A stretch of 64,000 nt of DNA, from positions 1,608-65,607 of the forward strand of contig JADLKP010000001.1 of assembly GCA_016838945.1 (NCBI GenBank). The letters are read 5' to 3'. A model generated the notes under the pieces. The model made no database searches, was not told the DNA's origin, and was given only the letters and a program-made list of their open reading frames with translations. The number at the start of each line of letters is the position of its first letter. Position 1 is the first letter of the stretch. A program made the position numbers and the translations under genes. Origin of the DNA: Methanobrevibacter sp. (GTDB taxonomy: Archaea > Methanobacteriota > Methanobacteria > Methanobacteriales > Methanobacteriaceae). Shown piece after piece: positions 11,041 through 20,889 of the stretch.

Positions 11041-11216
11041 GCATAAATTATTTTTATCAGTTCACTAAATCAAATAAATATGAGCATAAGTTATTTTTAT
11101 CAGTTCACTAAATCAAATAAATATGTGCATAAGTTATTTTTATCAGTTCACTAAATCAAATAAATATGTGCATAGTTATTTTTATCAGTTCACTAAATCA
11201 AATAAATATGAGCATA
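11041..11216 (+). repeat. 43-bp tandem repeat x4 plus partial copy
   Basis: Units at 11041, 11084, 11127, 11170 (42 bp) and 11212; TATG-N2-CATA palindrome at the junctions. Confidence 0.95.
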
Positions 11217-11320
11217 TTATTTTTTTGTTGTCTGATTATTGGAATCAAGGCAAATGCTTTTTAATTTATTTTAAACTTTAATCAATGGAAAAATTCTTAA
11301 ATTTAATCTGAGGGGAATGT

Positions 11321-12025
11321 ATGACAGCAATGATAGAATTTGAAAACGTATCTAGAATATATAAAAGCGGAGAACATGTGCTGAAGGCTTTGGACAACTT
11401 GTCTCTCACAATCGACAAGGGGGAATTCGTCGTTATCTTAGGTCCTTCTGGTGCCGGAAAATCTACATTGCTGAATCTTCTTGGAGGATTGGATAAGGCC
11501 ACAAGCGGAAAGATCATCGTCGACGGCGAGAACATTGAGGGTTACGATGACGATGAGCTCACAAAGTATAGGGCCAAAAGCGTAGGCTTCATATTTCAAT
11601 TCTATAATCTCATTCCTAACCTCACCGCAAAGGAAAATGTCGAGCTGATGAAGGACATCACAGATGTGGATATAGACGGCGACAGGATTCTTGAGTCAGT
11701 TGGCCTAAGCGGCCATGGAAACCAGTTCCCTGCACAGCTCTCTGGTGGTGAACAGCAAAGGGTGTCAATTGCAAGGGCTTTGGCAAAGGAACCTGCAATG
11801 CTTTTGTGCGATGAGCCTACAGGTGCACTTGATTCAAATACAGGTGTATTGATCCTTTCATTGCTTCAGAGGATGTGCCATGAAAAGGAAACAACAGTTG
11901 TCATTGTAACCCACAACACAAATCTTGCTGATGCAGCTGACAAGCTGATTAGAATCAAGAACGGTAAGATTGAGGAAGTAAGCATCAATGAAAATCCTTT
12001 GGATGTAAATGAAATAGAATGGTAG
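11321..12025 (+). CDS. ABC transporter ATP-binding protein (LolD/MacB-like)
   Basis: [32 protein letters not shown] and VTH motifs. Confidence 0.95.
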   Translation: MTAMIEFENVSRIYKSGEHVLKALDNLSLTIDKGEFVVILGPSGAGKSTLLNLLGGLDKATSGKIIVDGENIEGYDDDELTKYRAKSVGFIFQFYNLIPNLTAKENVELMKDITDVDIDGDRILESVGLSGHGNQFPAQLSGGEQQRVSIARALAKEPAMLLCDEPTGALDSNTGVLILSLLQRMCHEKETTVVIVTHNTNLADAADKLIRIKNGKIEEVSINENPLDVNEIEW

Positions 12026-12093
12026 AAAAGCTGCTTTTGAAAAATTAATAAGATGTTGAAGGAATATTTTGTTTTTTTAAAAAAAGTGATAAT

Positions 12094-14388
12094 ATGAAAA
12101 TGCTGTTTAGGAAGATGCTGCGTGACTTCAAGGATCATAAGGCCCAATTCATATCCATTTTTCTCATGGCTCTTATAGGGGTCTTCGCATTTACAGGAAT
12201 CAGCGGTGAAGTTGTAGGATTGGTTGACGTTTCAAGCCATTACTACGAGGACACAAACCTTGCTGACGGATGGGTCTATGGAGAGGATATAGACAATGAC
12301 ATATTCAAAGACATCAAGGATATGGACCAAATCAAGGATGCTCATCGGGAGATGGTTGTTGATACGATTGCAAACTACTCTTCGGACCCGGACATAAGTC
12401 TCCATATTGTGGAGGGTCATCAGAACATATCCAAGTTTCATCTCTTCGAGGGCGAGGACTTTGACGAGAATGACAAGGAAGGAATCTGGATAGACAAAAG
12501 GTTTGCTGACGGCCGCAATCTGGATGTTGGAGATAAGGTCACCTTGAAATTCGATGGAAAAAAGGTCTCCAAGACAATCAGAGGAACAATGTATTCGCCG
12601 GAATATGTCTTTTATATTCAGGAAGGAAGCCTTCTGCCTGATTTCTCTCAAGTGGGCTTTGCATATATTCCATCAAAAGGGGCGAATTTTGACATTGAGT
12701 ACAACACAATTGTTTTGGATGCATACGAGGATCTTGATGAAAAGGAATTCAAGGCTGATTTGGAAGAGACCTTAGGCCAAAAGGCTTACGTTCAGTATGT
12801 GGACCGTGACAATAATGTTGGCGTCAAGACCTTGCAGGACGAAATTGACCAGCATACAATGTTTTCAGGAATATTTCCTATTATATTTGTGCTTGTCTCC
12901 CTTTTGACCTTGGTTACAACCATGTCACGGGTGATTTCAGCTCAAAGGATTCAGATAGGCACATTGAAGGCAATGGGATATTCCAACAAGTCAATAGTCC
13001 TTCACTATCTCTCATACGGATTTGTGTTATCATTGGCAGGTTCAATTTTAGGACTTATAATAGGGCCTCTGACAATTCCGTATCTCTTCTATCCGACAAT
13101 GTCCTCAACATATTCACTTCCTAGCTGGGGACCTGCATGGGATGTAAGCTTCTTTGTCGTAGCTGCTCTGATTGTGATTTCTTCAGTATTGGTAAGCTAC
13201 ATTTCAGTCAAGGGAATCAGCGATGAGTATCCTGCAGAAACAATCAAGCCAAAGGCTCCGAAAATGGTTTCATCAGGATTCATTGAAAAAACAAAGATTT
13301 GGGAAAGATTCAGCTTCAATGAAAGATGGAACTATAGGGATGCAAAAAGGAACAAGACCCGAGCGATCATGAGCGTATTCGGCGTATTCGCTTGTGCACT
13401 TTTGGTGATGTCTGCATTTGGAATGAGCGACTCAATGAACGATGTTGAGGATTGGCAGTACAATCAGATATATAACTTCAATTCAAAGCTTTTCTTGGAA
13501 GAAAACATTACAGATGCACAGCTGGACCATGTATTGGCTGAAACCGACGGCGAAGGAATGATGGAAGAGGCCATAGAGCTGAAGTATAAGGGAAACAAGA
13601 AGACAGGAACCCTAACGGTGATGAACAAGTCAGAGTATTATAGGGTGACAGATGCCGATAGGAATAATATAAGCCTTGACCCTGATGGAATAGCCATTTC
13701 AGACAAGATGGCGGAAGTCTTAGGTCTCGAGGTTGGAGATAAGGTCAGATGGCATGTTGCAGGCAACCCTAAATGGATTGACTCTGAGATAAGCGAAACC
13801 TATTCAATTCCTTTCGGACAAGGAATGATAATGTCTCCTAAAGCCTTTGATAAGGAAGGTGGAGATGACTACAATTACAGCACAAATGTTGTTTTGACCA
13901 AAAAGAATGTAAATAAGAATTATACTGGAGTAAGCAGCATTACAACAAGGGATGATATCCAAAAGGGATGGAACACCATGACTGAAGCATTGGACCTTAT
14001 GGTCGGTGTCCTTACATCATTTGCGGTTGTTTTAGCTGTTGTGGTTCTCTATAATTTAGGACTATTGTCATTTACCGAAATTCAAAGAGAATTGGCCACA
14101 TTGAAGGTGCTTGGATTCAATTCAAAAAGCCTAAGAAGGCTTTTGCTTACTCAAAACCTATGGTTCTCAACTATTGGATTCATTCTGGCCATTCCAGGAG
14201 CTTATGTCTTGATGGGAATTATGATGGGATCAACAGGTGATGAATATTTCTTCCCAATCAACATTTACTTGTGGAACTTTATTGCCAGTTTCCTAATCAC
14301 CTTTGGATTGTCTGTTCTTGTCAATTTGGCATTTTCAAGAAAGATCAAAAGGGTGAATATGGTTGAGTCCTTGAAGAGCAATGAGTAG
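12094..14388 (+). CDS. ABC transporter permease with two FtsX-like domains
   Basis: QRIQIGTLKAMGYS and QRELATLKVLGF motifs, multiple TM segments, adjacent to the ATPase. Confidence 0.92.
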   Translation: MKMLFRKMLRDFKDHKAQFISIFLMALIGVFAFTGISGEVVGLVDVSSHYYEDTNLADGWVYGEDIDNDIFKDIKDMDQIKDAHREMVVDTIANYSSDPDISLHIVEGHQNISKFHLFEGEDFDENDKEGIWIDKRFADGRNLDVGDKVTLKFDGKKVSKTIRGTMYSPEYVFYIQEGSLLPDFSQVGFAYIPSKGANFDIEYNTIVLDAYEDLDEKEFKADLEETLGQKAYVQYVDRDNNVGVKTLQDEIDQHTMFSGIFPIIFVLVSLLTLVTTMSRVISAQRIQIGTLKAMGYSNKSIVLHYLSYGFVLSLAGSILGLIIGPLTIPYLFYPTMSSTYSLPSWGPAWDVSFFVVAALIVISSVLVSYISVKGISDEYPAETIKPKAPKMVSSGFIEKTKIWERFSFNERWNYRDAKRNKTRAIMSVFGVFACALLVMSAFGMSDSMNDVEDWQYNQIYNFNSKLFLEENITDAQLDHVLAETDGEGMMEEAIELKYKGNKKTGTLTVMNKSEYYRVTDADRNNISLDPDGIAISDKMAEVLGLEVGDKVRWHVAGNPKWIDSEISETYSIPFGQGMIMSPKAFDKEGGDDYNYSTNVVLTKKNVNKNYTGVSSITTRDDIQKGWNTMTEALDLMVGVLTSFAVVLAVVVLYNLGLLSFTEIQRELATLKVLGFNSKSLRRLLLTQNLWFSTIGFILAIPGAYVLMGIMMGSTGDEYFFPINIYLWNFIASFLITFGLSVLVNLAFSRKIKRVNMVESLKSNE

Positions 14389-14435
14389 TTCAAGCTTTTT
14401 TAAGGCCCGAAGGCCTTAAAAAACCTTGACCAAAA
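14389..14435 (+). terminator. 3'-UTR hairpin: CAAG-C-[12-bp stem]-C-CTTGACCAAAA
   Basis: TTTTTTAAGGCC-CGAA-GGCCTTAAAAAA perfect stem directly after the stop codon; same frame motif at 19521. Confidence 0.65.
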
Positions 14436-14705
14436 ATAATTTTTTATAGGGAGTTTATCCCTAACTATTTTTTTCTAATTTTTTAATTTCATTAGAGTTA
14501 TACTCTTTTTTAGTTTTTTTAATTTCACTAGAGTTTACTATATAAAACTATATTTGTTAATATCACTTTATTTTTACTATATCATTATAATATTTCTTTA
14601 TTTTAGTTAAAACACGATTAAAATTTAGTTAAGTTTAAATATAACTTATTTTATAGTTTTAATTAACTAATAATAAATTTTAACAATTTTTAAAAAGGTG
14701 ATTTT

Positions 14706-15056
14706 TTGTCAATTAAAGAGAACATATTGAATGATAATAAGGGGTGTGTATTGAATAATTTCAAGTTGATTAATAAAGAGGAAATAATTGATTTCATTAA
14801 AAATCATAATGGATTGTTGGAACTGATAGAAAAAGCTTTTCCTTTAGTAAGGAAATATTTTCCTAACTATAGTTACTGTTTATTATATTCCATAGATCCA
14901 GAGATTGTCAATCTAGAACATTTAATGCTTTTTATCAATGGCAATGAGGAGATTTATGATGAGGACAGTATGAAATTGCAAATGCTGGAACGGGAATTAA
15001 GAGATTTGAAAGTTTCTGATTCTAAGGTTAAACCTTTGCTTTTAGTGGATGTATGA
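14706..15056 (+). CDS. Hypothetical protein, putative HEPN-associated antitoxin partner
   Basis: GGTGA SD + TTG start; overlaps the HEPN gene by 4 nt; no GSxA nucleotidyltransferase motif. Confidence 0.65.
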   Translation: MSIKENILNDNKGCVLNNFKLINKEEIIDFIKNHNGLLELIEKAFPLVRKYFPNYSYCLLYSIDPEIVNLEHLMLFINGNEEIYDEDSMKLQMLERELRDLKVSDSKVKPLLLVDV

Positions 15057-15454
15057 TTATGAATTTATTTGATTGGAAAAAATTTTTTGGTGTTGGTGAA
15101 TGTTTGAGAAATTTATCACAGGATGAAGAATATCAACGTTCTGCAGTTGGTCGTTATTATTATGCTGCATTTGGATTAGTTAAAAATTACTTTGAGAAAA
15201 ATCATCATATGAAAGTTCCTTCTAATAATGGACATTCTTTTCTTATAAATAATTTAAAGAGATCAAATTTTGAGGAAGAGGAAAATTTGGGAACTAATTT
15301 AGAAAAATTAAGAGAGTATAGGAATCATGCAGATTATAGAAATAAATTTAATTTATATAATGTTAAACGTGCTCGTAAAAAATATGAAACGATTATAGAA
15401 ATTTTAAGCACGTTAGAAAAAAATCCTTTATATTTAAAATTTAATGAAAAATAG
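15053..15454 (+). CDS. HEPN domain protein
   Basis: RSAVGRYYYAAF N-terminal motif and LREYRNHADY motif. Confidence 0.8.
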   Translation: MIMNLFDWKKFFGVGECLRNLSQDEEYQRSAVGRYYYAAFGLVKNYFEKNHHMKVPSNNGHSFLINNLKRSNFEEEENLGTNLEKLREYRNHADYRNKFNLYNVKRARKKYETIIEILSTLEKNPLYLKFNEK

Positions 15455-15529
15455 AGTCTTTTTTGTTTTTTTAATTTAATTTGAACTAAATTAGATTCAG
15501 ATAAAAATAAGTAAAATAATAAAAGATAA

Positions 15530-16453
15530 TTACTCAAACCTATGAGTAATCACATTTTTTAAAATTGCCATACGGACAGGTATAGCATTTGCTGCCTGTT
15601 CAAAGTACTTGTTGTACTCTGTATCATCAACATCATATGCAATCTCATCCACTCTTGGAAGCGGGTGCATCACTATAAGATCCTTGCCTTCAAGCAAATC
15701 CCTATTGATCAGGTATGCTCCTTTGATGCGTTCGTATTCCTCTACATCCGGGAACCTTTCCTTTTGGATTCTGGTGACATAAAGCACATCAACATCATCA
15801 ATCACACATTTAAGTGAATTGGTTTCCTTATATTTGATGCTGTTTTCTTCAAGGTCGTGCAATGTCTCCTTAGGCATCTTGAGCTCATCCGGTGAGACAA
15901 AGGTCATTTCAACATCATACATTCCAAGTGCATATGCAAGGGAATGCACTGTACGGCCGTATTTCAAATCTCCCAGAAGCGCTATGTTCAAGCCGTCTAT
16001 TTTTCCGAAGTGTTTCTTGATTGTATAAAGGTCAAGCAATGTTTGGGTTGGGTGTTGGCCTGCACCGTCTCCAGCATTGATGATCGGCACATCAACTATA
16101 TCGGATAGGAATCTGGACACTCCTTCAAGGTTATGTCTGATTACTATCGCATCGCAGTATGACTCAAACATCTTTGCAGTGTCTGCCAAGCTTTCACCTT
16201 TTGAAACGGAACTGTGGGCTGCATCTCCAAGCTCTATGCAGTCTCCTCCAAGCCTTTTCATGGAAGTTTCAAAGGATAGCCTTGTTCTTGTGGAAGGCTC
16301 ATAAAATAGAAGCCCTAAGATCTTTCCTTCAAGCTCTCTAGATTTCTCCTTAGACTTTGCAACATCTTCAAGCTTGCTTGCTTCCTCTAAGATAAATTCA
16401 ATATCTTCCTTTTCAAAATCCTTCAATGAAATAACATTTTCATGTCCAAAAAT
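15530..16453 (-). CDS. pyrB: Aspartate carbamoyltransferase catalytic subunit (probable ATT start at 16453)
   Basis: [16 protein letters not shown] and HPLPR motifs; frame extends past the TTG at 16426 through [10 protein letters not shown] to ATT/ATC behind SD AAGGAGTG. Confidence 0.95.
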   Translation of the reverse strand: MFGHENVISLKDFEKEDIEFILEEASKLEDVAKSKEKSRELEGKILGLLFYEPSTRTRLSFETSMKRLGGDCIELGDAAHSSVSKGESLADTAKMFESYCDAIVIRHNLEGVSRFLSDIVDVPIINAGDGAGQHPTQTLLDLYTIKKHFGKIDGLNIALLGDLKYGRTVHSLAYALGMYDVEMTFVSPDELKMPKETLHDLEENSIKYKETNSLKCVIDDVDVLYVTRIQKERFPDVEEYERIKGAYLINRDLLEGKDLIVMHPLPRVDEIAYDVDDTEYNKYFEQAANAIPVRMAILKNVITHRFE

Positions 16454-16584
16454 GATATTACACTCCTTATATTTTACACTTGAAATAGTGGTCTTTATAA
16501 ATAAAACTAAAAAATAGAAATATGAATCTTATATTTTTAAAAATTAAAAATAAAGTTTTTTAATTTAGATTAAAAAACTTTCAA

Positions 16585-16737
16585 TTATTCTCCTTTCATG
16601 AATCCGTATATTGCAACAGCTATTAGTATAATTATCAATACGATGAATAACCAAAAGCTTATTTTTATGAATAGCTGCAATAAGGTCAAGATTATTATTA
16701 AAGCGATTGCTGTTAAAACGATTCTGTTAAGCATCAT
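16585..16737 (-). CDS. 50-aa small membrane protein (not in ORF track)
   Basis: GAGGTG SD then ATG; MMLNRIVLTAIALIIILTLLQLFIKISFWLFIVLIIILIAVAIYGFMKGE. Confidence 0.75.
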   Translation of the reverse strand: MMLNRIVLTAIALIIILTLLQLFIKISFWLFIVLIIILIAVAIYGFMKGE

Positions 16738-16753
16738 GTTCTTTCACCTCACA

Positions 16754-16897
16754 TTAAAATATGTATCCTAATAATGCCATAATGATGAATATAAGAATTG
16801 CTATGATAAACACTTTCATGCCTATCTTCATCAACCATTTCAATATTCCAAATATGATCATCAATAGTATAGCTATTATTATAATCTCTATAATCAT
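16754..16897 (-). CDS. 47-aa small membrane protein (not in ORF track)
   Basis: AGGTGG SD then ATG; MIIEIIIIAILLMIIFGILKWLMKIGMKVFIIAILIFIIMALLGYIF. Confidence 0.75.
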   Translation of the reverse strand: MIIEIIIIAILLMIIFGILKWLMKIGMKVFIIAILIFIIMALLGYIF

Positions 16898-16970
16898 CTT
16901 TCCACCTTTTTTCAAGAACTCCTTCTTTTCAATAAAGGATATTCTATGTTATATTTATTGTCAGTATTAT

Positions 16971-17082
16971 AATAATTTATCTATTTAATTCATTTTTTTT
17001 CATTCTTTTTAAGTATTTTAATGATTTATCTATTTAATTCATTTTTTTTCATTCTTTTTAAGTATTTTAATAATTTATCTAT
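16971..17082. repeat. 49-bp tandem duplication (2 copies + partial)
   Basis: Units at 16971 and 17020, partial at 17069. Confidence 0.85.
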
Positions 17083-17108
17083 TTTTTCATTCATTGATTA
17101 AATAGTCC

Positions 17109-17918
17109 TTATTCTTCCTTGATTAAGTAGTTCTTTAATGTTCCAATCTCTTCTATTGTCACTTCAACAATGGAATCTGCCTTCATTTCACCAACACCTG
17201 GAGGTGTTCCTGTAGCTATTATATCTCCTGGATTCAATGTCATTGTCTGTGAAACGTATGATATTATTTCCTGTGGAGAGAAGATCATCTGTGAAGTGTT
17301 TGAGTTCTGTCTGATTTTTCCATTGACTTTGGTCACTATCTTCTGATTCAATGGGTCAAGCTCTGTTTCGATGAAAGGCCCTATTGGGGCAAATCCGTCA
17401 CAGCTCTTTCCTCTTGTCCATTGGCCGTCTGCCAGGGTGAAATCCCTTGCGGTGACATCGTTTATTATTGTGTATCCGAAGATGCATTCGTTTGCTTCTT
17501 CTGCTCTAACTTGTTTGGTTTCTTTTCCAATCACAACAGCAAGCTCTCCCTCATAGTCAACCTGCTTGGATATTTTAGGATAAACAACTATATTGTCTGT
17601 TCTGTTGACTGTTGTGGATGGCTTTATGAATATCACAGGACTTTCCGGCAATTCAAGATTCAATTCCTTTGCATGGTCCTTGTAGTTGAGGCCGATGCAG
17701 ACTATTTTTGATGGTTCTGTTGGGGACTGTATTTCTATATCCTCTAAGCTATGTGTTTGGACTGCATTTTCCAAAATTGTTTTTATTTCTTTATTGTGGT
17801 AGTCTAGAATGTCTCCTTTAAGTTCTATTACTTTATTTTCTTCATCTAAGAACCCTGCTTTGAGACTTAAATCATCGTTTAGACTGTCTGCATTATTTTT
17901 GAATCTCAAAAATTTCAT
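17109..17918 (-). CDS. Fumarylacetoacetate hydrolase family protein
   Basis: KIVCIGLNY..H, DYEGEL, NDVTARD, GKSCDGF and GDIIATGTP motifs. Confidence 0.92.
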   Translation of the reverse strand: MKFLRFKNNADSLNDDLSLKAGFLDEENKVIELKGDILDYHNKEIKTILENAVQTHSLEDIEIQSPTEPSKIVCIGLNYKDHAKELNLELPESPVIFIKPSTTVNRTDNIVVYPKISKQVDYEGELAVVIGKETKQVRAEEANECIFGYTIINDVTARDFTLADGQWTRGKSCDGFAPIGPFIETELDPLNQKIVTKVNGKIRQNSNTSQMIFSPQEIISYVSQTMTLNPGDIIATGTPPGVGEMKADSIVEVTIEEIGTLKNYLIKEE

Positions 17919-17959
17919 TTAATCACTTATTGTAATTTTCTGCTATTCCAAACTTCCCA

Positions 17960-18823
17960 TTATTGAATGATCCTTTCTATTGGAACAACAAGAATGTCAC
18001 GTGCACCTGCATTTCTTAACTTGTTAACAAGCTCGAATACCTCATCCTCGCCAACTACAGCTTGAACAGCCATTGTTTCCTCATGGGAGAGAACTTCAGA
18101 TACGGTAGGTCCGCTCATTGCAGGCATGACCTTTTGAACTTCACAAAGGTCCTTCTTAGCCACATTCATCATGATGAGCTTTTTCCTCCCTGCTTCAAGC
18201 ACACCTTGGATGGAAGTGCTTACAGCCTCTACGAGGTTTCTCTTCTCATCATAGGAATCCTTGTTTGAGATAAGCTTGATTGAGCTTTCAAGTATGGTGT
18301 CGACTATCTTCAAATGGTTCATGTTCAATGTTGTGCCAGTGCTTGTGAGATCTGTTATAGCATCAGCTATTCCAATGAATGGAGCTATTTCAGTGGATCC
18401 TGTCAATTTGACGATTTTGATGTCAAGATTGTTTTCATCCAAGTATCTTCTTGTAAGGTTTGGGAATTCTGTAGCTATTGTCATGCCGTCCTTCAAGTCA
18501 TCCTTGCTTGCTATTTCACTGTCATCAGGTGAAGCAAGGACCAATCTGGTTTGGCCGAACTGAAGGTCAAGAAGTATTTCAACCTCTGCACTGTTTTCTT
18601 CAATAAGGTCATAACCTGTGATTCCCATATCACAGATTCCTTCGGCTACAAATTCGGGAATGTCTGCTGCACGTGCAAACATCACATCTATATCTTCATT
18701 GTAGGTTTGTGAGAATAATTTTCTGTTTGAACTGTCCTTAAGGCCAAGTCCTGCCTTTTCCAAGATCTTCACTGCAGGATCGCTTATTCTGCCCTTTGAC
18801 GGCACTGCTATTTTAAGTTTCAT
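17960..18823 (-). CDS. hisG: ATP phosphoribosyltransferase (long form)
   Basis: KIAVPSKGRI, DMGITGYD, GSTE.AP..G.ADAI.D...TGTTL motifs; start 18823 preferred by SD spacing. Confidence 0.95.
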   Translation of the reverse strand: MKLKIAVPSKGRISDPAVKILEKAGLGLKDSSNRKLFSQTYNEDIDVMFARAADIPEFVAEGICDMGITGYDLIEENSAEVEILLDLQFGQTRLVLASPDDSEIASKDDLKDGMTIATEFPNLTRRYLDENNLDIKIVKLTGSTEIAPFIGIADAITDLTSTGTTLNMNHLKIVDTILESSIKLISNKDSYDEKRNLVEAVSTSIQGVLEAGRKKLIMMNVAKKDLCEVQKVMPAMSGPTVSEVLSHEETMAVQAVVGEDEVFELVNKLRNAGARDILVVPIERIIQ

Positions 18824-19317
18824 GTTAATCTCCATTGTTTTTTTATAATTTTATCTTTTGTTTTATTTCTATTTAATGTTAATTAATTATATAATTTTTC
18901 ACGTTAAATGAAATCCAAATATTTTAAAAAAATCATTCACTTTTTATCATGATTGATTTGTATATTTTCATTTTGTTTAATTCACACCATTACAAACAAA
19001 ATTTATATATTGTATATAAATTGTTTAATCATCGATGATATTATATATATTTTTTGATTTTTTATTATAAATCATTATAAATTAACAGTTTCAAATTTCA
19101 TATAGTATAGCACTATATTTTTAAAAAATAAGGCATTAGAGGCCATTTTTTTAGAAACATTTATATACTAGGAAGATAAACTAATAAGTAGTACTTATGA
19201 AAAAAAGCTTGTATAGCTAGTATTTTTAAAAAATATTAGTTTATATAAACTTTCACTAATTATTGCATTAGTAATAAGTATGTATTTTTTAAAATAAAAT
19301 TATGGAGAATGATATTT

Positions 19318-19521
19318 ATGGCAATTCCTGTAGCTCCTATCGGAAGAATCATTAAAGATGCTGGTGCTGAAAGAGTAAGTGAAGACGCTAAAAAAGAATT
19401 AAACGCTTATGTAGAAGCACAAGCTGCAAAAGTTGCTAAAAAAGCTATCAAATTCGCTGAATTAGCAAAACGTAAAACCGTTAAAGCTGAAGACATCGAA
19501 TTAGCTATTAGCGAATTATAG
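19318..19521 (+). CDS. Archaeal histone (HMf family)
   Basis: MAIPVAPIGRIIKDAGAERVSEDA...RKTVKAEDIELA; GGAGA SD. Confidence 0.95.
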   Translation: MAIPVAPIGRIIKDAGAERVSEDAKKELNAYVEAQAAKVAKKAIKFAELAKRKTVKAEDIELAISEL

Positions 19522-19600
19522 GTACAAGCTTCACGGACCTATGGTCCGTAGAACCTTGACCAAAACTCTTATCACTAGGTGTTAGTGATAGGTTTTATTT
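19521..19600 (+). terminator. Histone 3'-UTR: CAAG-C-[stem]-C-CTTGACCAAAA hairpin, then second hairpin and T-tract
   Basis: ACGGACC-TAT-GGTCCGT stem; TTATCACTA-GGTGT-TAGTGATAG stem followed by T-runs. Confidence 0.7.
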
Positions 19601-19637
19601 TTTTACTATTTTTTTACATTTTTTTTAAATTTAAGAT

Positions 19638-19862
19638 CTATTTTTTTTGAGCATTTTGCTTTAGTTTGTTTATTTCGTTTTGGTCTAGTTTTGTTATTCT
19701 TTTTATTGTTTCATCGTCGAATCCTTCTTTTATTAGGTTTTCTGCTACTTCGTGTCTGTTTTTTTCTATTCCTTCTTCTATTCCATCTTCATAGTATATC
19801 TTACCTATTCTTCCTAGTATTCCATCGAAATCAATTCACTTTTATCTATCATTTTCATCACT
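19638..19862 (-). pseudogene. Duplicated C-terminal cassette of the adjacent Rpn-like gene, with a 1-nt deletion and an extra EGIE repeat
   Basis: Near-identical to 19885-20073; begins at the AGTGATGAAAATG SD/start; AATCAATTC versus parent AATCCAATTC. Confidence 0.85.
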
Positions 19863-19864
19863 TT

Positions 19865-20725
19865 TTATTTGGAGTGTTGTTGTTTTAGTTTGTTTATTTC
19901 GTTTTGGTCTAGTTTTGTTATTCTTTTTATTGTTTCATCGTCGAATCCTTCTTTTATGAGGTTTTCTGCTACTTCGTGTCTGTTTTTTTCTATTCCATCT
20001 TCATAGTATATCTTACCTATTCTTCCTAGTATTCCATCGAAATCCAATTCACTTTTATCTATCATTTTCATCACTTCCTTATATTCCTCATCATCAGTTA
20101 TGAATTTTTTAGCCAAAAAGGATAGAAGTGCTGCTGTATGCAATCTATCCCTTTCATTCATCTTTGCTTCTTGTGTCAACTCAATGGATTTAATCAGCAA
20201 TTCCTTTGGAGACCTTTTTGATTTCATGAATGTCAGTATTCTCAAATCCCCTATTTCTGATTTAGTGAGCTCTTCGTTGTTCTTATTTTTCAAACTTATA
20301 TTATTTATAGTTTTATCTCCATCAAAGCTCTTAAACGATTTATAAGGTATAGTAAACTCGTTATTATTGTGCCATTTCAATATAACTTGCTTATTATCCT
20401 TATAATGAGTGCTAATGACTAATGTGTGGACTTTTCTTCTATATCTGGTTCTCATATAACAGGCATAATCAAAAAACTTTTCCTTATCTTCCTTTCCTAT
20501 TGCAGTTGAATGGGCCTCTAAGGAGAGTATCTCATCATTATCCAATAGCCCTATAAAATCTGCCCTCCTTTCCTTTCCATCATATGTTATGATCTTGGTA
20601 GGACAGGGTCTCGTTATCCTATATGGAAATTCGAACTTCTCAAGAATGGAATTTATTCCAGGAAATAGAAGGCAAAAGTATTTGTCTTCCACCTTTTTTA
20701 AATCCTTTTTCTTATCGTTTTTCAT
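19865..20725 (-). CDS. Rpn/YhgA-like PD-(D/E)XK nuclease family protein with internal in-frame start at 20065
   Basis: RRADFIG..SLEAHS catalytic-type motif; C-tail EDGIEKNRHEVAENLIKEGFDDETIKRITKL; internal AGGAAGTGAT-GAAA-ATG. Confidence 0.7.
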   Translation of the reverse strand: MKNDKKKDLKKVEDKYFCLLFPGINSILEKFEFPYRITRPCPTKIITYDGKERRADFIGLLDNDEILSLEAHSTAIGKEDKEKFFDYACYMRTRYRRKVHTLVISTHYKDNKQVILKWHNNNEFTIPYKSFKSFDGDKTINNISLKNKNNEELTKSEIGDLRILTFMKSKRSPKELLIKSIELTQEAKMNERDRLHTAALLSFLAKKFITDDEEYKEVMKMIDKSELDFDGILGRIGKIYYEDGIEKNRHEVAENLIKEGFDDETIKRITKLDQNEINKLKQQHSK

Positions 20726-20889
20726 CTTTTTCCCCTAAACAATCTATAAATAATCTTAGTTTAAAGTTTATATTATTTAAATGGATTAGTTTTTTTAAAC
20801 AACTAATTTCAAGCTTTTATTAATCTTATAACGAATTTAAAATAATTTTTTAAGATGACAATAATCTTGAAATATTAGGGAAAAGTTTA

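Noticed and set aside
11041-11216. Possible CRISPR array
   Set aside because: Repeats are contiguous with no unique spacers and no cas genes nearby
14389-14435. Archaeal SECIS element
   Set aside because: No GAA/A internal-loop motif and no in-frame UGA in the upstream genes
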